A stretch of 64,000 nucleotides of DNA from an uncultured Gammaproteobacteria bacterium (GTDB taxonomy: Bacteria > Patescibacteriota > Patescibacteriia > VMEV01 > CAZAJQ01). A model generated the notes under the pieces. That model was given only the letters and a program-made list of their open reading frames with translations, searched no databases and was not told where the DNA came from. Within the stretch, counting starts at the first letter, position 1, and each line of letters begins with the position of its first letter. The position numbers were made by a program, and so were the translations under genes. Location: NCBI GenBank assembly GCA_964485795.1, contig CAZAJQ010000006.1, forward strand, positions 9,716-73,715. The letters are read 5' to 3'. Positions 42,383-51,918 of the stretch are shown one piece after another.

Positions 42383-42859
42383 TTAGGCTTGAAAATTTTT
42401 CATCACCTGCACCAATTCCACGGCCGCATAGGCGCATTCATAGCCTTTGTTTCCATCATCGTCTCGCGATCGAACCTGCGCCTGTTCGAGAGTATTGGTG
42501 GTAATCACTCCGAAAATTATGGGAACCTGCGTATCAAGGCTTACCCGTAAAACTCCTTCGGTAACCGCCTTGGCGACAAAATCAAAGTGGGGAGTTTCCC
42601 CGCGGATGACAGCACCCAGAGCGATCACCACATCCGGGTGTTGACGCTGAATCACTCTGGAAGCGACCAAGGGAATTTCAAAAGATCCGGGCACATCCAC
42701 AAAAAGAATATTTTCTTCCTTCACTTGCGCCTCATGTAAAGCTCTTTTGCATCCCGCAAGCAAACCGTTCGTAATATTTTCGTTGAAACGAGCTCTCACA
42801 ACCGCGATACGCATGTCAAGCCCCAGAATCTTATCTTTTTGAAAGGTATTGGTCTTCAT
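42383..42859 (-). CDS. ribH: 6,7-dimethyl-8-ribityllumazine synthase
   Basis: ARFN, VPGSFEIP, GAVIRGETPHFD, FGVIT, NKG. Confidence 0.96.
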   Translation of the reverse strand: MKTNTFQKDKILGLDMRIAVVRARFNENITNGLLAGCKRALHEAQVKEENILFVDVPGSFEIPLVASRVIQRQHPDVVIALGAVIRGETPHFDFVAKAVTEGVLRVSLDTQVPIIFGVITTNTLEQAQVRSRDDDGNKGYECAYAAVELVQVMKNFQA

Positions 42860-42896
42860 AAAAAAAATCATCCAACTTTCTTAAAATGGAGTGTCA

Positions 42897-43481
42897 TTAT
42901 ATCAAATTCCCCAAATATCTGCAGAGCACATCCACCTCGATATTGACCAGATCTGTCTCTCGCAATAAAGAAAGATTGGTTTTTCGGAGCGTCAGCGGTA
43001 TCAGAGAAACCTGAAACTGATCTTGATCGGCTTTGCTGATCGTCAAGCTTACCCCATTGACGGCGACGGATCCTTTTTCGGGAAAATACTTGAAAAGTTC
43101 AAGCGGTGGGGCGATCGTGAGAGAATACTTGGATCCGTCTGATATGACCTTTTTCACTCCGGCGGTCGCATCCACATGACCAAGCACCCAATGCCCGTCC
43201 ACCGTATCTCCCATGCGCAAGGGAAATTCAATGTTCATTTGATCATATCCCAGCGGCTTTCCAAAACGTGTTTTGCTCAGTGTCTCGGGCATCAATTCAA
43301 AACGCAAAGACGAATGTCGCTCGTTTTTTGATATCACGGATAAACAGACGCCATCAATCGCGACGCTTTGCCCCTCATATATCCGAGTCGGGAGAACCTC
43401 GCAAAAAACGTCCAAAAAAACACGATCATTTTCTCGAACAAGCTTCCCCTTTCCCTGTTGTCGTATAATGCCGTTAAACAT
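42897..43481 (-). CDS. ribE: Riboflavin synthase (alpha type)
   Basis: MFNGII, SVAIDGVCLS, GHWVLGHVD, KGSVAVNGVSLT, VNIEVD. Confidence 0.93.
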   Translation of the reverse strand: MFNGIIRQQGKGKLVRENDRVFLDVFCEVLPTRIYEGQSVAIDGVCLSVISKNERHSSLRFELMPETLSKTRFGKPLGYDQMNIEFPLRMGDTVDGHWVLGHVDATAGVKKVISDGSKYSLTIAPPLELFKYFPEKGSVAVNGVSLTISKADQDQFQVSLIPLTLRKTNLSLLRETDLVNIEVDVLCRYLGNLI

Positions 43482-43502
43482 AATTTGATTTCGACGAAAA
43501 CC

Positions 43503-43886
43503 TCATGAAGCGAAAAAATTTCGAACATACTCGATATCTTCAAGGATTTTCTTTTTCAAATCTTCTTTCGAAGGGAACTTCATCATTTCCCTCACGTATT
43601 CGACCAAGATCACGTCCATCTCTTGTCCGTAAATATCTGCATCAAAATCAAAAATATGCACTTCAATCTTCGGAGCCTTATATTCATGAAACGTCTCGGC
43701 TATTCCGATGCTTGCGATGCCTTTCATCGACTCGCCATTCATATGCACCTTGGCGCCGTACACGCCAAATGGTGGGAAAAAAAAATGCGGAAAAGTGATC
43801 TCGAGATTGGCCGTGGCGCAACAAAACGACCTGGCAAATTTTTTACCGGTCACGACACGCCCTCGAAAAGTGAGTGGAAGCATCAT
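43503..43886 (-). CDS. Stand-alone riboflavin kinase (RibF C-terminal domain only)
   Basis: GRVVTG, ATANL, GVY, EVHIFDFDADIYG, VREMMKF; no FAD synthetase domain. Confidence 0.88.
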   Translation of the reverse strand: MMLPLTFRGRVVTGKKFARSFCCATANLEITFPHFFFPPFGVYGAKVHMNGESMKGIASIGIAETFHEYKAPKIEVHIFDFDADIYGQEMDVILVEYVREMMKFPSKEDLKKKILEDIEYVRNFFAS

Positions 43887-43950
43887 AAAAAAAATTCTAG
43901 CAACTATACCAAGTATGCAATCCCAAATCAAGCATGGTTCTATTCGATGC

Positions 43951-44787
43951 TCATTTCAAACGCTCGAGCAGGTTTTTTCCTTCCCAATTTTTTGGACTTT
44001 CGATGCCGAGGCTTCCCAATATCGAAGGGCCGACATCAAAAACCGTCCCCATGCATTTCAGCGTGTTCAGATCTGCGGAATAAACATCCCCTCCCCGAAT
44101 CGCACTTCTCCCGACAAGCGATTTTCCTACCACCATAAAAGGGAAAATTCTCTTCTCTTCGTTTTCTTGATAGAAATCCGATGACAGAAAAATCATGCCC
44201 CGATAGGAAAGAATCATTTCAACGATTTTCTCAAGGACGGAAAAAAAGTGACGTCGGTATTCGATCGCGTCCAAAGAAGATTCCGATTCCGCTTGGGACA
44301 TATTTCCCAGATGCGCCATGATAAAATGCGATTTTTTTTCCTTCACTTTTCTTCGAATCTCAAAAAACACTTTTTCCAAAGAATCGCTCTCGCCATCATC
44401 GCTTCCGAGAATCCTCCATTCTTCACCGTCAAACGGCTGTCCGATTTTCCCGTTGAAATAATACCCCACCTGCGGGAAATGCCCGCAAAATCCGATTTTG
44501 GTTTGTTTTTTTCCTCGCCCGGAGATAAGAGAAGACACCGAATCACGAACATCGGCGTTTTTATAGAGAAAACTTTTCGTGAATTTGAGCCCCGTACCCA
44601 TGTTCAAAAAATTCACATTCAATGAATTTCCCTTCAGGGTTTCCAATCCGAAAATCGGATACTGGGAAATAACATTTGAAAAAAAGTCGGGCATACGCCC
44701 ATACGCACGGGGATATTCTCCGAAAGATCTCGAATGAAGTCCCGTGAGAAAAAGCAATACGCTGAAATTATGACTGGTCATGATCAT
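43951..44787 (-). CDS. Truncated, degenerate iPGM (GpmI)/alkaline-phosphatase-fold paralog
   Basis: Aligns by eye to the ends of the gpmI at 61630-63213 (NMGTG, YFNG...PF..E, FPFMVVG, GTVFDVGPSIL..LG...P....G) but lacks the central domain and most metal ligands. Confidence 0.7.
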   Translation of the reverse strand: MIMTSHNFSVLLFLTGLHSRSFGEYPRAYGRMPDFFSNVISQYPIFGLETLKGNSLNVNFLNMGTGLKFTKSFLYKNADVRDSVSSLISGRGKKQTKIGFCGHFPQVGYYFNGKIGQPFDGEEWRILGSDDGESDSLEKVFFEIRRKVKEKKSHFIMAHLGNMSQAESESSLDAIEYRRHFFSVLEKIVEMILSYRGMIFLSSDFYQENEEKRIFPFMVVGKSLVGRSAIRGGDVYSADLNTLKCMGTVFDVGPSILGSLGIESPKNWEGKNLLERLK

Positions 44788-45235
44788 GATTGATTAGCGT
44801 CGACACAAGCGTGCCGGAAATCCAAGCGGCAAACAGCCATGTTTGCGAGGCAAACACCGGATATCCGACGGCAAAAAAAATGACAAACGTTGATAAAAAA
44901 AAGAGAATCAGTTTGACATACTTATTTATGCATTCCAACCGTTTCATCCGTTGAGAAGCGGTTTTTAAAATCCGCTCAGAAGTCGGCTTCGCAACGACCG
45001 ATGCGTCACGTGCTATTTTCTTGACCGTCCAAGCATGCAATATTCCTAAAACAAAAACTCCTCCCAATAGTCCATTCAGTGAGATGTAGCTTGTAACCAT
45101 CTTATCAAAAAGCAGCTCGAGAAGAAAAAAAAGAGCATAGGAAAAAACCGACGCGTAAAAAAATATTTCAAGCGCTTGCGATCTAAAAGAGCTTGGAAAA
45201 TTTTTGTCCAATAATTCTAACAATGTCTTCCACAT
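44768..45235 (-). CDS. Hypothetical 4-TM membrane protein
   Basis: Hydrophobic ORF overlapping both neighbours. Confidence 0.55.
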   Translation of the reverse strand: MWKTLLELLDKNFPSSFRSQALEIFFYASVFSYALFFLLELLFDKMVTSYISLNGLLGGVFVLGILHAWTVKKIARDASVVAKPTSERILKTASQRMKRLECINKYVKLILFFLSTFVIFFAVGYPVFASQTWLFAAWISGTLVSTLINHDHDQS

Positions 45236-46607
45236 ACATGGGAGAATAGTGAATCAAAAGGGAAATGTTTCTCATAAAAAATTGATCCTCGTTTTTTTTA
45301 TAGGGCACCGAAAAAATGAATTCGCCTTCATTGTCTTTTCGATAAAAATCTTCAGCCGGAAAATGTTTTTTTACCCGTTTCCACCCGTCCGGAAGCGGTT
45401 GCGGTTCGTCATATTTCGCGACGATAAAACGTATCTGAGATGTCGCGACGTCGGTAAACGGCGATATGTGGCGCGGTCGGAAAGGAATTTCATCCTGCAT
45501 GCGAAAAAACCACGAATAGTGCGAAAAAAAAGATGTATTTCCTTTTCTCATCATCACCTCATACGTCGGCGGAAATGATGCGTCGCGCTGAATTCGCACA
45601 GGGACTTTCACTTTATCAATCGCATACTCCTTTCCATTGACGAGAACCGTCTGCATACCCTGATAGGTGTCCGCCCATACGGAAAATTCATCGGCGTCGG
45701 TGAAGAAAGTAACGTTTTTTTCATCTCCAAATCGAATATTGTCCGCGTACAAAAATCCATCCTCGCGATCATGAGACAGGAAAACGCTATCCGACGCGTT
45801 CAATGAAACAGTGTAAACCGCGTCCGTATCGGTCGTCAAAGAAAACCTTTTCGTTTCATGAGACTTGAGTGTATCTTCATAAGTCCGCATTCGTCCGCGA
45901 TCATCCCGGATCTCCATGCGTATTTCTTGCGAAGATTCTGCCGCGTTGGAAAGAGTCAAACGTTTGATTTCGTTTCCCGATCGCATCGGAACGACAAAGG
46001 TATGTTTACCGATCAAAGTCACGGGATTTTCATAGGAAAATGCCTCTGAACTTTCGGAAACATGCATTCCATTTCCTTCTTCCAAAAATGGCGGAGAACG
46101 ATCAAAAAAATACACTCCCCATTGTTTAAAATCTGGAGGCTCCGAAAGAAAATCAGCGATCGAATCATGGTTTTTTTCGCCCTTTTTCTGAAAAAAAAGA
46201 AGATCATTTTCTTTTTTCACGCTCCAATCCGCATCTACGAGCAGACGATTGAGAAGCGGATGATCCAAGGAAGTCATGTCATACATTTGATCGGCGTATT
46301 TTTCGGCACCGACCTCGATCGTGGAATCTCCGCCGTAACGGTATTCGACCGTCATATCGACGGAGGTCGGCTTTCTTGGCAATACATACGACCAATACAC
46401 GGGTTCGTTCACGATTTGAACGACTCCGCCATCCTTGCGAAAAAATTGTTTCGGGAACAATTCTTGAGATTTCCATCTTTTCTCGGGCGTATAGAAAACG
46501 CTGTCATCGCCGTCAATCGCAAAAAAGTCATTGGCGATGATGAACGCCACAAAGACGGGAATCATAAAAGGAAGAACCATCACGGCCAAGCTTTTTTTCA
46601 TCTTCAT
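45183..46607 (-). CDS. Hypothetical exported/membrane-anchored protein
   Basis: 474-aa ORF, N-terminal hydrophobic anchor, beta-rich remainder. Confidence 0.7.
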   Translation of the reverse strand: MKMKKSLAVMVLPFMIPVFVAFIIANDFFAIDGDDSVFYTPEKRWKSQELFPKQFFRKDGGVVQIVNEPVYWSYVLPRKPTSVDMTVEYRYGGDSTIEVGAEKYADQMYDMTSLDHPLLNRLLVDADWSVKKENDLLFFQKKGEKNHDSIADFLSEPPDFKQWGVYFFDRSPPFLEEGNGMHVSESSEAFSYENPVTLIGKHTFVVPMRSGNEIKRLTLSNAAESSQEIRMEIRDDRGRMRTYEDTLKSHETKRFSLTTDTDAVYTVSLNASDSVFLSHDREDGFLYADNIRFGDEKNVTFFTDADEFSVWADTYQGMQTVLVNGKEYAIDKVKVPVRIQRDASFPPTYEVMMRKGNTSFFSHYSWFFRMQDEIPFRPRHISPFTDVATSQIRFIVAKYDEPQPLPDGWKRVKKHFPAEDFYRKDNEGEFIFSVPYKKNEDQFFMRNISLLIHYSPMYVEDIVRIIGQKFSKLF

Positions 46608-48127
46608 AAAATGCGATACAAATAAAAATCATCCGAAAAAAACAGGAGTGTCATTGCATGATTCGCGTTTTTTTGCAAAAGATACTCGGAAGCACCTATC
46701 GGATTGCGATAAGTGGCCCAGACCACTCCTTGATCTTTGGGTACAGATTCGAGCAACTCCTTCAGCTCATCGGATTTCATCGGCTCAACGGCGGCGACTG
46801 AAAAGTCGGGGAAAAAAAGCTTGTCAAACTTTTCGACTAACACGATATCCCGCTTTTGAAGATACTTTTCGGCTTCCATGCGTATCCAGCCATAGTGTTT
46901 CAGTCGCTCTGAAACATGCAAAAAACTTTCGGTGTCCAAACGGATCGTGGTAACCAATGAAAGCGATATCAGCGCTATCAATATGCCATATCGCGTGAAT
47001 GCTCCAAAACGCCGTAAAAAAAACATGGCGCAGACGGTCATGCCAAAAAAAATCGGCAGCCAGTACCTCATGAAACTCGAAGCCAACGAAATATCCGGAG
47101 AAAGACTTTCTTGCAATTTCCAGCTTCCGTAATAGACGGCAAGATAGGTTGCGGCCAAAAAGCTTGCGAATAACAATGAAAATGGAATTTTTTTTGATCG
47201 ATAGATCAGAACCGCTCCAAGAGCCGCCGGAATGCTGTACCACCACAAAAAACCGACCATGTATTCTGCCCCGTATTTGAGCGTATCAAGAAAGCCGATA
47301 CCAAAAGGGAAAAAAATATTTCTTAGTGAAAATAAAGAGGCTGAATCACCGTCGCCACCATTTCCATATGACTCTCCCCAGAGAGTACCGGAAACCATGC
47401 CATTAATCGCGAAAAAAACAACGGCGATGAAGAATGCCGCAACGGAAAAAAAAACGATGCGATTTTTCCCACCGAGCGCTTTCGCCCGGACAAGCAGGAA
47501 GACAAAAAACGGAACGACCCACACGGCTTCCGATGGTCGAACGGAAAGGGCAAGTGCGAAAAAAAAACCCGATAATAAGTATGCGACGCTCAAAGTCTTT
47601 TCCGAATTCCACCTCAGGAAAAGTAAGCAGACTGCCATGAGAAAGAAAGCGAAAAAAGGAAGATTGGGGTACCCGCCGCGCGATGAATAGTACCAATACG
47701 CGGGATGAAACGCGAGCAACAATATCCCTGAAACCGCGCTATGTATTCCCAACCGCTGGAACAGCAACGTTCCAAACATCATCAGAGCGACCACTGATAC
47801 CATCGGCGTGAAATAGCGTACGGAATCGAGCCCGAAGATTTTTGCTCCGTATCCGTAGAGAACCGCGAGCCCGATAAATCCCTCCGGCGTCCATGAATTT
47901 CCGTCGTAATGGATGCTTCTGGGGCGAATAAGCCCCGAAAAGCGGTTTACGCGCTCATCCTCATATATCGGCAATCCATGTTCGTATACCTGCGTGATGA
48001 AAAAAGCGTTGGCCATTTCATCCGGAGAATTGAAGATACGCTGATGCTTTTCATACGAGAAAAAAGAGTAGAAAAAAAACAATCCCAGTCCGAAAAGAAA
48101 AAAAACGCTAATATAAAGCTTTTTCAT
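46604..48127 (-). CDS. Polytopic GT-C (PMT/ArnT-like) glycosyltransferase
   Basis: TM1 followed by acidic NSPDE motif; ~11-13 TMs; LSVRPSE. Confidence 0.65.
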   Translation of the reverse strand: MKKLYISVFFLFGLGLFFFYSFFSYEKHQRIFNSPDEMANAFFITQVYEHGLPIYEDERVNRFSGLIRPRSIHYDGNSWTPEGFIGLAVLYGYGAKIFGLDSVRYFTPMVSVVALMMFGTLLFQRLGIHSAVSGILLLAFHPAYWYYSSRGGYPNLPFFAFFLMAVCLLFLRWNSEKTLSVAYLLSGFFFALALSVRPSEAVWVVPFFVFLLVRAKALGGKNRIVFFSVAAFFIAVVFFAINGMVSGTLWGESYGNGGDGDSASLFSLRNIFFPFGIGFLDTLKYGAEYMVGFLWWYSIPAALGAVLIYRSKKIPFSLLFASFLAATYLAVYYGSWKLQESLSPDISLASSFMRYWLPIFFGMTVCAMFFLRRFGAFTRYGILIALISLSLVTTIRLDTESFLHVSERLKHYGWIRMEAEKYLQKRDIVLVEKFDKLFFPDFSVAAVEPMKSDELKELLESVPKDQGVVWATYRNPIGASEYLLQKNANHAMTLLFFSDDFYLYRIL

Positions 48128-48761
48128 ACATCATAAAACGTCTGACGATCACGGTGATAAAATAAAACGCGAGACAAGTACCGATGATATTCAAAAACAC
48201 CATCGTGGGGAGCACCAGATCTCTGCCATCATACACATACAGAAATACGCTGCCATACCCCAAAAACTTGATATAGCTGATCTCAGCTTGCGGCTTGATG
48301 ATCCAATCCGTTTTCCTTCCTTCTTGCTTGGCGATAATGGCTAGAACGTAGGTGATCGGAATGATGAAAAGATGATATGCGAACGGGAAATCCGGCTCAA
48401 ACAATGTATAGGCAGTGCCCAAAATAAGCGCGCCATACAGCACGTGATCGGCCAACATATCGAGGAACTTTCCGCGATCAGAAGATCTTTTCAAAAACCT
48501 CGAAAGGTCGCCGTCAAAAAGATCGGAAAGCAACCCGAGGATTACACAAAACATAGCGACTTTCGCAAGTCCCACGATCAGAAAATAGGCCATCGGCACG
48601 ATGACAATGATACGGAAAAACGTTACCATGTTATGAGTCAATCCGAGCCATGCAAGAAACGCGATCCATGGATAAAAAAGAATCTGACGATATCGACGTA
48701 TGTGCACGAGCCAAATATCCAGCGTTCGCTCATCTGCCGAAGGTCTCAAAATATGTTTCAT
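48108..48761 (-). CDS. CDP-alcohol phosphatidyltransferase
   Basis: HNMVTFFR, SDLFDGDLSR......GKFLDMLAD signature (DxxDGxxAR...GxxxDxxxD). Confidence 0.9.
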   Translation of the reverse strand: MKHILRPSADERTLDIWLVHIRRYRQILFYPWIAFLAWLGLTHNMVTFFRIIVIVPMAYFLIVGLAKVAMFCVILGLLSDLFDGDLSRFLKRSSDRGKFLDMLADHVLYGALILGTAYTLFEPDFPFAYHLFIIPITYVLAIIAKQEGRKTDWIIKPQAEISYIKFLGYGSVFLYVYDGRDLVLPTMVFLNIIGTCLAFYFITVIVRRFMMYEKALY

Positions 48762-50843
48762 AGCATCAAATATTACGCCTATTATAGCATAATTTTTCTT
48801 TCCTTTGCCTTTCTTCTCTTGGCCAATACGAGAAACGAAAATCTATTTTTGGGAACCTTGCTGTTGGTCGCATTCCTGCTTTTCAACTCTTGGCAATGGG
48901 GACGGTATTTTTTTAACGTTTCCAGACGTGAAAATTTCATTTGGGGAGGTCTGTTTGTCACGGCTTTTTTAGCGATTGCTCAGAGCCCGCTGTATTATTT
49001 TTGGAAATTCGACATGAGGTTCGTCTTTGTCATACTCTTTGGCCTTTCCGCGGCAGCTGTTTTTTTTAATAAAAATAATACCATACTTCATGACCATCAA
49101 ACGCCGTTTCAAAAATTTTCATGCTTCCGATTTCAGCCCTATGCATTGATATTCTTTGTTTTTTTTCTCCTCCTGTGTCTCAATTTGTGGTTCGCAAAAA
49201 CCACCGAAAGTATCGCTTCACCGCTCTTGATCATATCTCCTTTCGCTTTTTTCACTTTTTTTATGGCGATTCTCGCCGCCGTCGTCCCCCTCGCAAAAAA
49301 AAAAGCCGATATTCTTCCGGTCATGGCCTTGACGTTTGTGACGCTTGGACTCGGAAATATTCTACTCCCTCTGGGCTATGGTTTTGATGGTTTTATTCAC
49401 CTCGCTTCCGAGCAACATATCTTTGAAAACGGTTTTATCGAACCTTTAACCCCCTATTACATCGGATATTACATGATCGTGGAAGCCTTTCACGGGATTT
49501 CAAAACTTCCGTTGTCATTTCTCAACGCTTGGATCGCTCTCCTCGTCGCAACGACACTGCCATTCATCGCATTTGCGACGATGCGACGACAGAAGGAGAT
49601 TTGCTTTCCCGCGTTCGCGAGCTTTGGACTTCTATTTTTTTTCAATTCCTCTTTCACCACTTCGACTCCATCAAGCCTTGCCCTCGCCTTTGCAACGGCG
49701 TTCATTCTTTTTGAAATCAACGAAAGGAAACGAATGCGCGAACGGATATTTTCTTTGATTCTCGGTCTTGCGATGATTTCCATTCATCCCCTTATCGGGA
49801 TCCCGATGCTCTTCTTCTGGTCTTTTCGCCATATTCCAAAGCTTCCGGATCGCTCTCCACTGCTCTCGTACTTTTTGAAATCGATCCTGTTCTCGGGAAT
49901 GACTCTTGCCATTCCCGTCATATTTTTTTTCCAAAATAAGCAATTTTCTTGGCCTGCGCTTCCTGAAATCGTCGAACTCTATCGTTCATTTTCCTTTCCT
50001 CGACTCTGGTATACCAATGACACGATCCTCAATATTTTGTATTTTTTCGGGCATTTGGTGCCGATGCTTACCGTTTTTGCCATCGTAATGGGTATTTCTC
50101 AAAAATTCTTACGGCGACGCGACGCGGATTTCCTTTGGGGCAGCGTCGCCGTTCATCTCGGAGCTTTCTTTACTTTGAGTGTGGACGGCAATGCCAACAT
50201 AATCGAAGCCGAACAATCGGATTTTGCGCAGCGACTGTTCTTGCTTTCCCTCCTGCTCTTGCTGCCGTTTTTTTTCATGGGATTTGACATCATCTTGCAA
50301 AAAACTCTTGCTCGCCGCTCTCTCCTGCGTCTCTGCACCGTTCTCGCGATTTCCATGCTTTTTTTTGCTAACGCGTATTTTCTCTACCCCCGCGACAATC
50401 GCTATGAAATCAGTCGTTTTCATTCGATTTCAGCTGCGGATTTCGAAGTAGCGGCGACCATCGAAACGATTCACCGATTTCCATCCTATATCGTGCTTGG
50501 CAACCAAACGTCCGCAAGCGCCGCTCTGCGGGAATATGGTTTCAAAAATCGTTTTTTGAAAGCGACCGACGGATCCGAAATCTATTTTTACCCCATTCCC
50601 ACCGGACAAAAACTCTATCAATGGTATCTTGCGATGGTTTACGATCGCCCGTCGTATGATACCGTCGAACAAGCGATGAAATACGCGCAAGTGCAAGAGG
50701 CGTACTTTATCATCCACGATTATTGGCACAATGCTCCGCAAATCATCGAAGAAGCCAAAGCAGAAGCTGCCGACTGGTATTCCACCTCGAACGGGAAAAT
50801 TCATATTTTCCGATATTTCCTTCGAAAGAATTCATCTCTTTAA
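48753..50843 (+). CDS. Large polytopic membrane protein (possible GT-C/oligosaccharyltransferase-like)
   Basis: Many TMs; loop GYGFDGFIH; soluble C-terminal domain; start uncertain (in-frame ATG 48753). Confidence 0.6.
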   Translation: MFHSIKYYAYYSIIFLSFAFLLLANTRNENLFLGTLLLVAFLLFNSWQWGRYFFNVSRRENFIWGGLFVTAFLAIAQSPLYYFWKFDMRFVFVILFGLSAAAVFFNKNNTILHDHQTPFQKFSCFRFQPYALIFFVFFLLLCLNLWFAKTTESIASPLLIISPFAFFTFFMAILAAVVPLAKKKADILPVMALTFVTLGLGNILLPLGYGFDGFIHLASEQHIFENGFIEPLTPYYIGYYMIVEAFHGISKLPLSFLNAWIALLVATTLPFIAFATMRRQKEICFPAFASFGLLFFFNSSFTTSTPSSLALAFATAFILFEINERKRMRERIFSLILGLAMISIHPLIGIPMLFFWSFRHIPKLPDRSPLLSYFLKSILFSGMTLAIPVIFFFQNKQFSWPALPEIVELYRSFSFPRLWYTNDTILNILYFFGHLVPMLTVFAIVMGISQKFLRRRDADFLWGSVAVHLGAFFTLSVDGNANIIEAEQSDFAQRLFLLSLLLLLPFFFMGFDIILQKTLARRSLLRLCTVLAISMLFFANAYFLYPRDNRYEISRFHSISAADFEVAATIETIHRFPSYIVLGNQTSASAALREYGFKNRFLKATDGSEIYFYPIPTGQKLYQWYLAMVYDRPSYDTVEQAMKYAQVQEAYFIIHDYWHNAPQIIEEAKAEAADWYSTSNGKIHIFRYFLRKNSSL

Positions 50844-51061
50844 TACCATCAAGGCCAATTATTCCACCCGGTACCATCTAGAATGTGCATGCGAACAAAA
50901 AAAACGTATCATTCTTTTTTCCAGCTTCATGTACTGTCATGTTTTATTTGATATGATTCACCCATGAATATCATTCAATCATTACCAAATCGCGAAAATG
51001 ATGTCTTATGCCTATTTCGACGCCAAAGATGCATTTCTGATGCCATTGACGCAACCGTACT

Positions 51062-51910
51062 ATGTTCCAAAACGCCAATTTTTTCATCGCACTTGCCATT
51101 TTTTTTGGCACTGCGAGCAAACTTTTGCATAAAAAAGTGATGCGCGGCGCGGATACGTATGCATTCGCGCTCCTGACAAATGCCCTTTGCGCCGTGATAT
51201 TTTTTACGTTATCATATCCAACCATGTCTTTTCCTCGAGAGCCTGCGGCATGGGGTGTTTTACTTCTTGCAAGCGTACTGTGGACCACGATCTCCGTGAC
51301 GGTTCTGATTTCATACAAGAAAGCCGATGTCTCGATTCGAGATCCGCTGAGTCAGTCGAAGACGATCATCGCACTGATTTTGGGGCTGCTCATCTTGGGT
51401 GAAATCCCATCGATCATGAAAATCTTTGGAACAATACTGATTTTTCTCGGTATCACGTTGCTTGTATATCATCCGGAAAAAAGATTCGGTCATCTCACGG
51501 ATGCGGGAGTACGGTGGACATTCTTTACGGCGCTGCTGAGCGGGGTTGAGGCTATCGTTGATAAAGCCGCACTGACGTGGTTTCGTTTTGAAACGTATGC
51601 CTTCTTGGTATACGTTTTGCCAACCATCATTCTGTGCTTATTTCTCCGCGGTCGCACTCGGTCGGTGAGAAAATTCATAAAGGATTATTGGTTTTCCGGA
51701 ATCCTTGCCATCGTATTCTCATCCGCCGCGTATTATTTTACACTCAATGCATTTTCTCTCATCGAAGTTACCGTGGCATACCCGCTCTTGCAATTGACGA
51801 CTTTGCTGACGGTGCTTGGCGGAATTTTCATCTTGGGCGAGAGGCAACACATTCGTCAGAAGCTATTTGCAGCCATAATCATTATCATCGCATCGATGAT
51901 GGTGAAATGA
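51062..51910 (+). CDS. EamA/DMT family transporter
   Basis: 10 TMs as two repeats, each ending in LGE (LILGE, FILGE). Confidence 0.88.
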   Translation: MFQNANFFIALAIFFGTASKLLHKKVMRGADTYAFALLTNALCAVIFFTLSYPTMSFPREPAAWGVLLLASVLWTTISVTVLISYKKADVSIRDPLSQSKTIIALILGLLILGEIPSIMKIFGTILIFLGITLLVYHPEKRFGHLTDAGVRWTFFTALLSGVEAIVDKAALTWFRFETYAFLVYVLPTIILCLFLRGRTRSVRKFIKDYWFSGILAIVFSSAAYYFTLNAFSLIEVTVAYPLLQLTTLLTVLGGIFILGERQHIRQKLFAAIIIIIASMMVK

Positions 51911-51918
51911 CGTTTGTA

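Noticed and set aside
43886-43951. FMN riboswitch upstream of the rib genes
   Set aside because: The gap is only ~64 bp and has no FMN-riboswitch signature.
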